This document shows positions 61,991-64,000 of a stretch of 64,000 nucleotides of DNA, one piece after another. A program made the translations under genes and the position numbers. How positions within the stretch are numbered: the stretch's first letter is position 1; every line of letters starts with the position of its first letter. The notes under the pieces were generated by a model. It made no database searches. It saw only the letters and a program-made list of their open reading frames with translations, and had not been told where the DNA came from. The stretch comes from Octopus sinensis (taxonomy: Eukaryota). The stretch is from the NCBI RefSeq assembly GCF_006345805.1, contig NC_043025.1, positions 1,860,001 through 1,924,000 on the forward strand, given 5' to 3'.

Positions 61991-64000
61991 TCAAATATAC
62001 AATGAGGCGACAGGTGTTTATACATCTGGCTTTTACTCGTCCTTAATTACTAAACAATACTCTCCTCTCTCTCTCTTTCTCTCTCTCTCCTCTAATAACT
62101 TAATTAAATTTAACTCTCTATAATATTTACGATGACTATGCGAGAATTTGTATGTGGGTGTCTGTGCGTGCAAACAGACATTTATCTGTCCATTTCTAAA
62201 CTCATACGTATGGATGTGTATGTATGGCCGCGTAAGTGTGTGTATCTGACTGTGTGTATATCAATAGGAATATGCCACTGCATATGTGTCTGTGTGTGTG
62301 TCTGTGTGTGATTGCATATGTTAGTGCGTGTGTGTGTGTGTATGTCTCTCTCTGTATGTATGTGTGTGTATACATGCATCCTTTTAACCCCCAAGTCAAA
62401 CACCCCTTCACTATATAGACTAATCTCTATATACTCTCATATATTTCTCATTCGCCCAATAATAGACTCTTCCAAGGCCTTCCAAATCTGATTCACTTTC
62501 TATTCAAAGATGCAAATGTTAATTTCCATTATCCTTTGCCAGGGACTTTCCTGGAAACTTTACTAACTCTTCGATCACGAAAATACCCAACACATTTATC
62601 TGAGAACTCCATGGACCCCCAAAAGACTGGTAACGAATAATATCCTCGATAAAGGATATTATGCATTTCTGCATTTTCTTCTTCTTCTATCTCCAATAAC
62701 GGAATGATTTGCTCAGATGGAATTCTTTACTCAATAACATGCTTAGTTATTCTAGAAACAGCTCTAAGAGACTTTGTGCATATTTGTAACCACTCTGCAC
62801 AGTTCTTTTATTTGTTTCAGCCATTTCATTGCAGCCAAGCTGGAGCAATGCCTTTTTCACCGAACTTATTATTTATAAGACTTGTACTTATTCTATGAGT
62901 CTCCTTTGCTGAACCACTAATTTACATGGACGTAAACTCACCAACATCGGTTGTAAAGCGATGGTGGTGGACAAACACAGACACAAAAACTCACACACAC
63001 ACACACACACACACACCACACACACACAACACCAATACTATATTATAAATTATAAAATGAATGTTCTTGAAAAAGGCTAAATGTTTTTCTTGCTCCTAAT
63101 CTGTTATAATTTATGTCCCTCCGCTCAATGATCAACCACACCTTAAAACCGTTGATACCCAATTTCTGCACCACATTTTTCTGTACAAGCCGGTGTTTTA
63201 GTGGTAACCAAACTGACAGTCACACTACATTCGACCTTCACATGACTTTCTATTGTATCAACGCTAAGGTATAATATATACTTTTATGTGGCTTTGGGGA
63301 GTGGCATGAACGGATTTCTTCTATTTGTATGTATTTCAAATTCTCGTGTAACGAACAATTCCTTTAACGAACATGGCTCGGAAAGGATTATGTGTATATA
63401 TAGAGATGGCACTGTTTGAGAAGTTTTGAGTCGAACTAATTGACCTCTGTACTTATTTTTTTAAGCCTTGTACTTATTTTATTGGAGTATATTGGTGAAC
63501 CGCTAAGTTACCGGAACGTAAACACACCAACACAAGTCATCAAGCCGTGGGACAAACACTGACACAAAGACACACACACTGATCATACAGACAGACATAT
63601 ATAGACATAGAAGTGGCCGTAGAGTATGAAACACATGGTTCCGTGTTCAGTCCCGTTGCGAGACATTTGGCTGAGTGTCTTCTACTATAGCCAAGGGCCG
63701 ACCATAGTCTTGTGAGTGGATTTCAGATGATGGAACTCAAATAAGCCCGTCGTATGTGTGTGTGTGTATTTGGTGTGTTATATTTGTCCCTCCACCATCA
63801 TTTGACAACCGATGCTGGTGTGCTTACGTCCCTGTAACATAGCGGTTCTGGAAAAGAAACTGATAGAATAAGTACTAGGATTACAAAGATTAAGTCCTAG
63901 GGTCGATTTGTTCGACTAAAGGCGGAGCTCCAACATGGCCGCAGTCAAATGACTGAAACAAGTAAAAGAATAGTCACAATGGGCTTCTTTCCGTTTCCAT

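Larger units (their letters stand above)
18040..64000. repeat. Tandem segmental duplication array, about three units (partial to about 28.4 kb; about 28.4-46.8 kb; about 46.8-64 kb)
   Basis: Same ordered landmarks recur: 27105/45015/62380, 28330/46765/63970, 28500/46925, 35064/48808, 38165/54360, 40020/54885. Confidence 0.88.

Overview
AT-rich, microsatellite- and transposon-dense eukaryotic genomic DNA. The SINE families resemble octopus/coleoid cephalopod repeats (recalled, not searched). The only host gene I can support is the 5' part of a minus-strand gene for a signal-peptide-bearing leucine-rich-repeat (LRR) protein. It has a signal-peptide/LRRNT exon (9141-9351) followed by six 72-nt, phase-2/phase-2 exons that each encode one LRR. 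Four of those exons sit in duplicated intron-exon cassettes, and in the pair compared the exons differ far more than the flanking intron, with all codon changes non-synonymous. The gene runs off the left edge. The region 10-18 kb is a nested stack of a Tx1/L1-like LINE, a mariner, a hAT and a solo LTR. The region 18-64 kb is a tandem array of about three 17-18 kb segmental duplicates. It carries R4/Dong-like RLE retrotransposons inserted in (TAA)n tracts, a Tc1, many SINEs, seven copies of a decayed coding-like block and two local inverted rearrangements. Most ORFs in the supplied track are microsatellite or antisense artefacts. No rRNA, true tRNA or CRISPR array was found.
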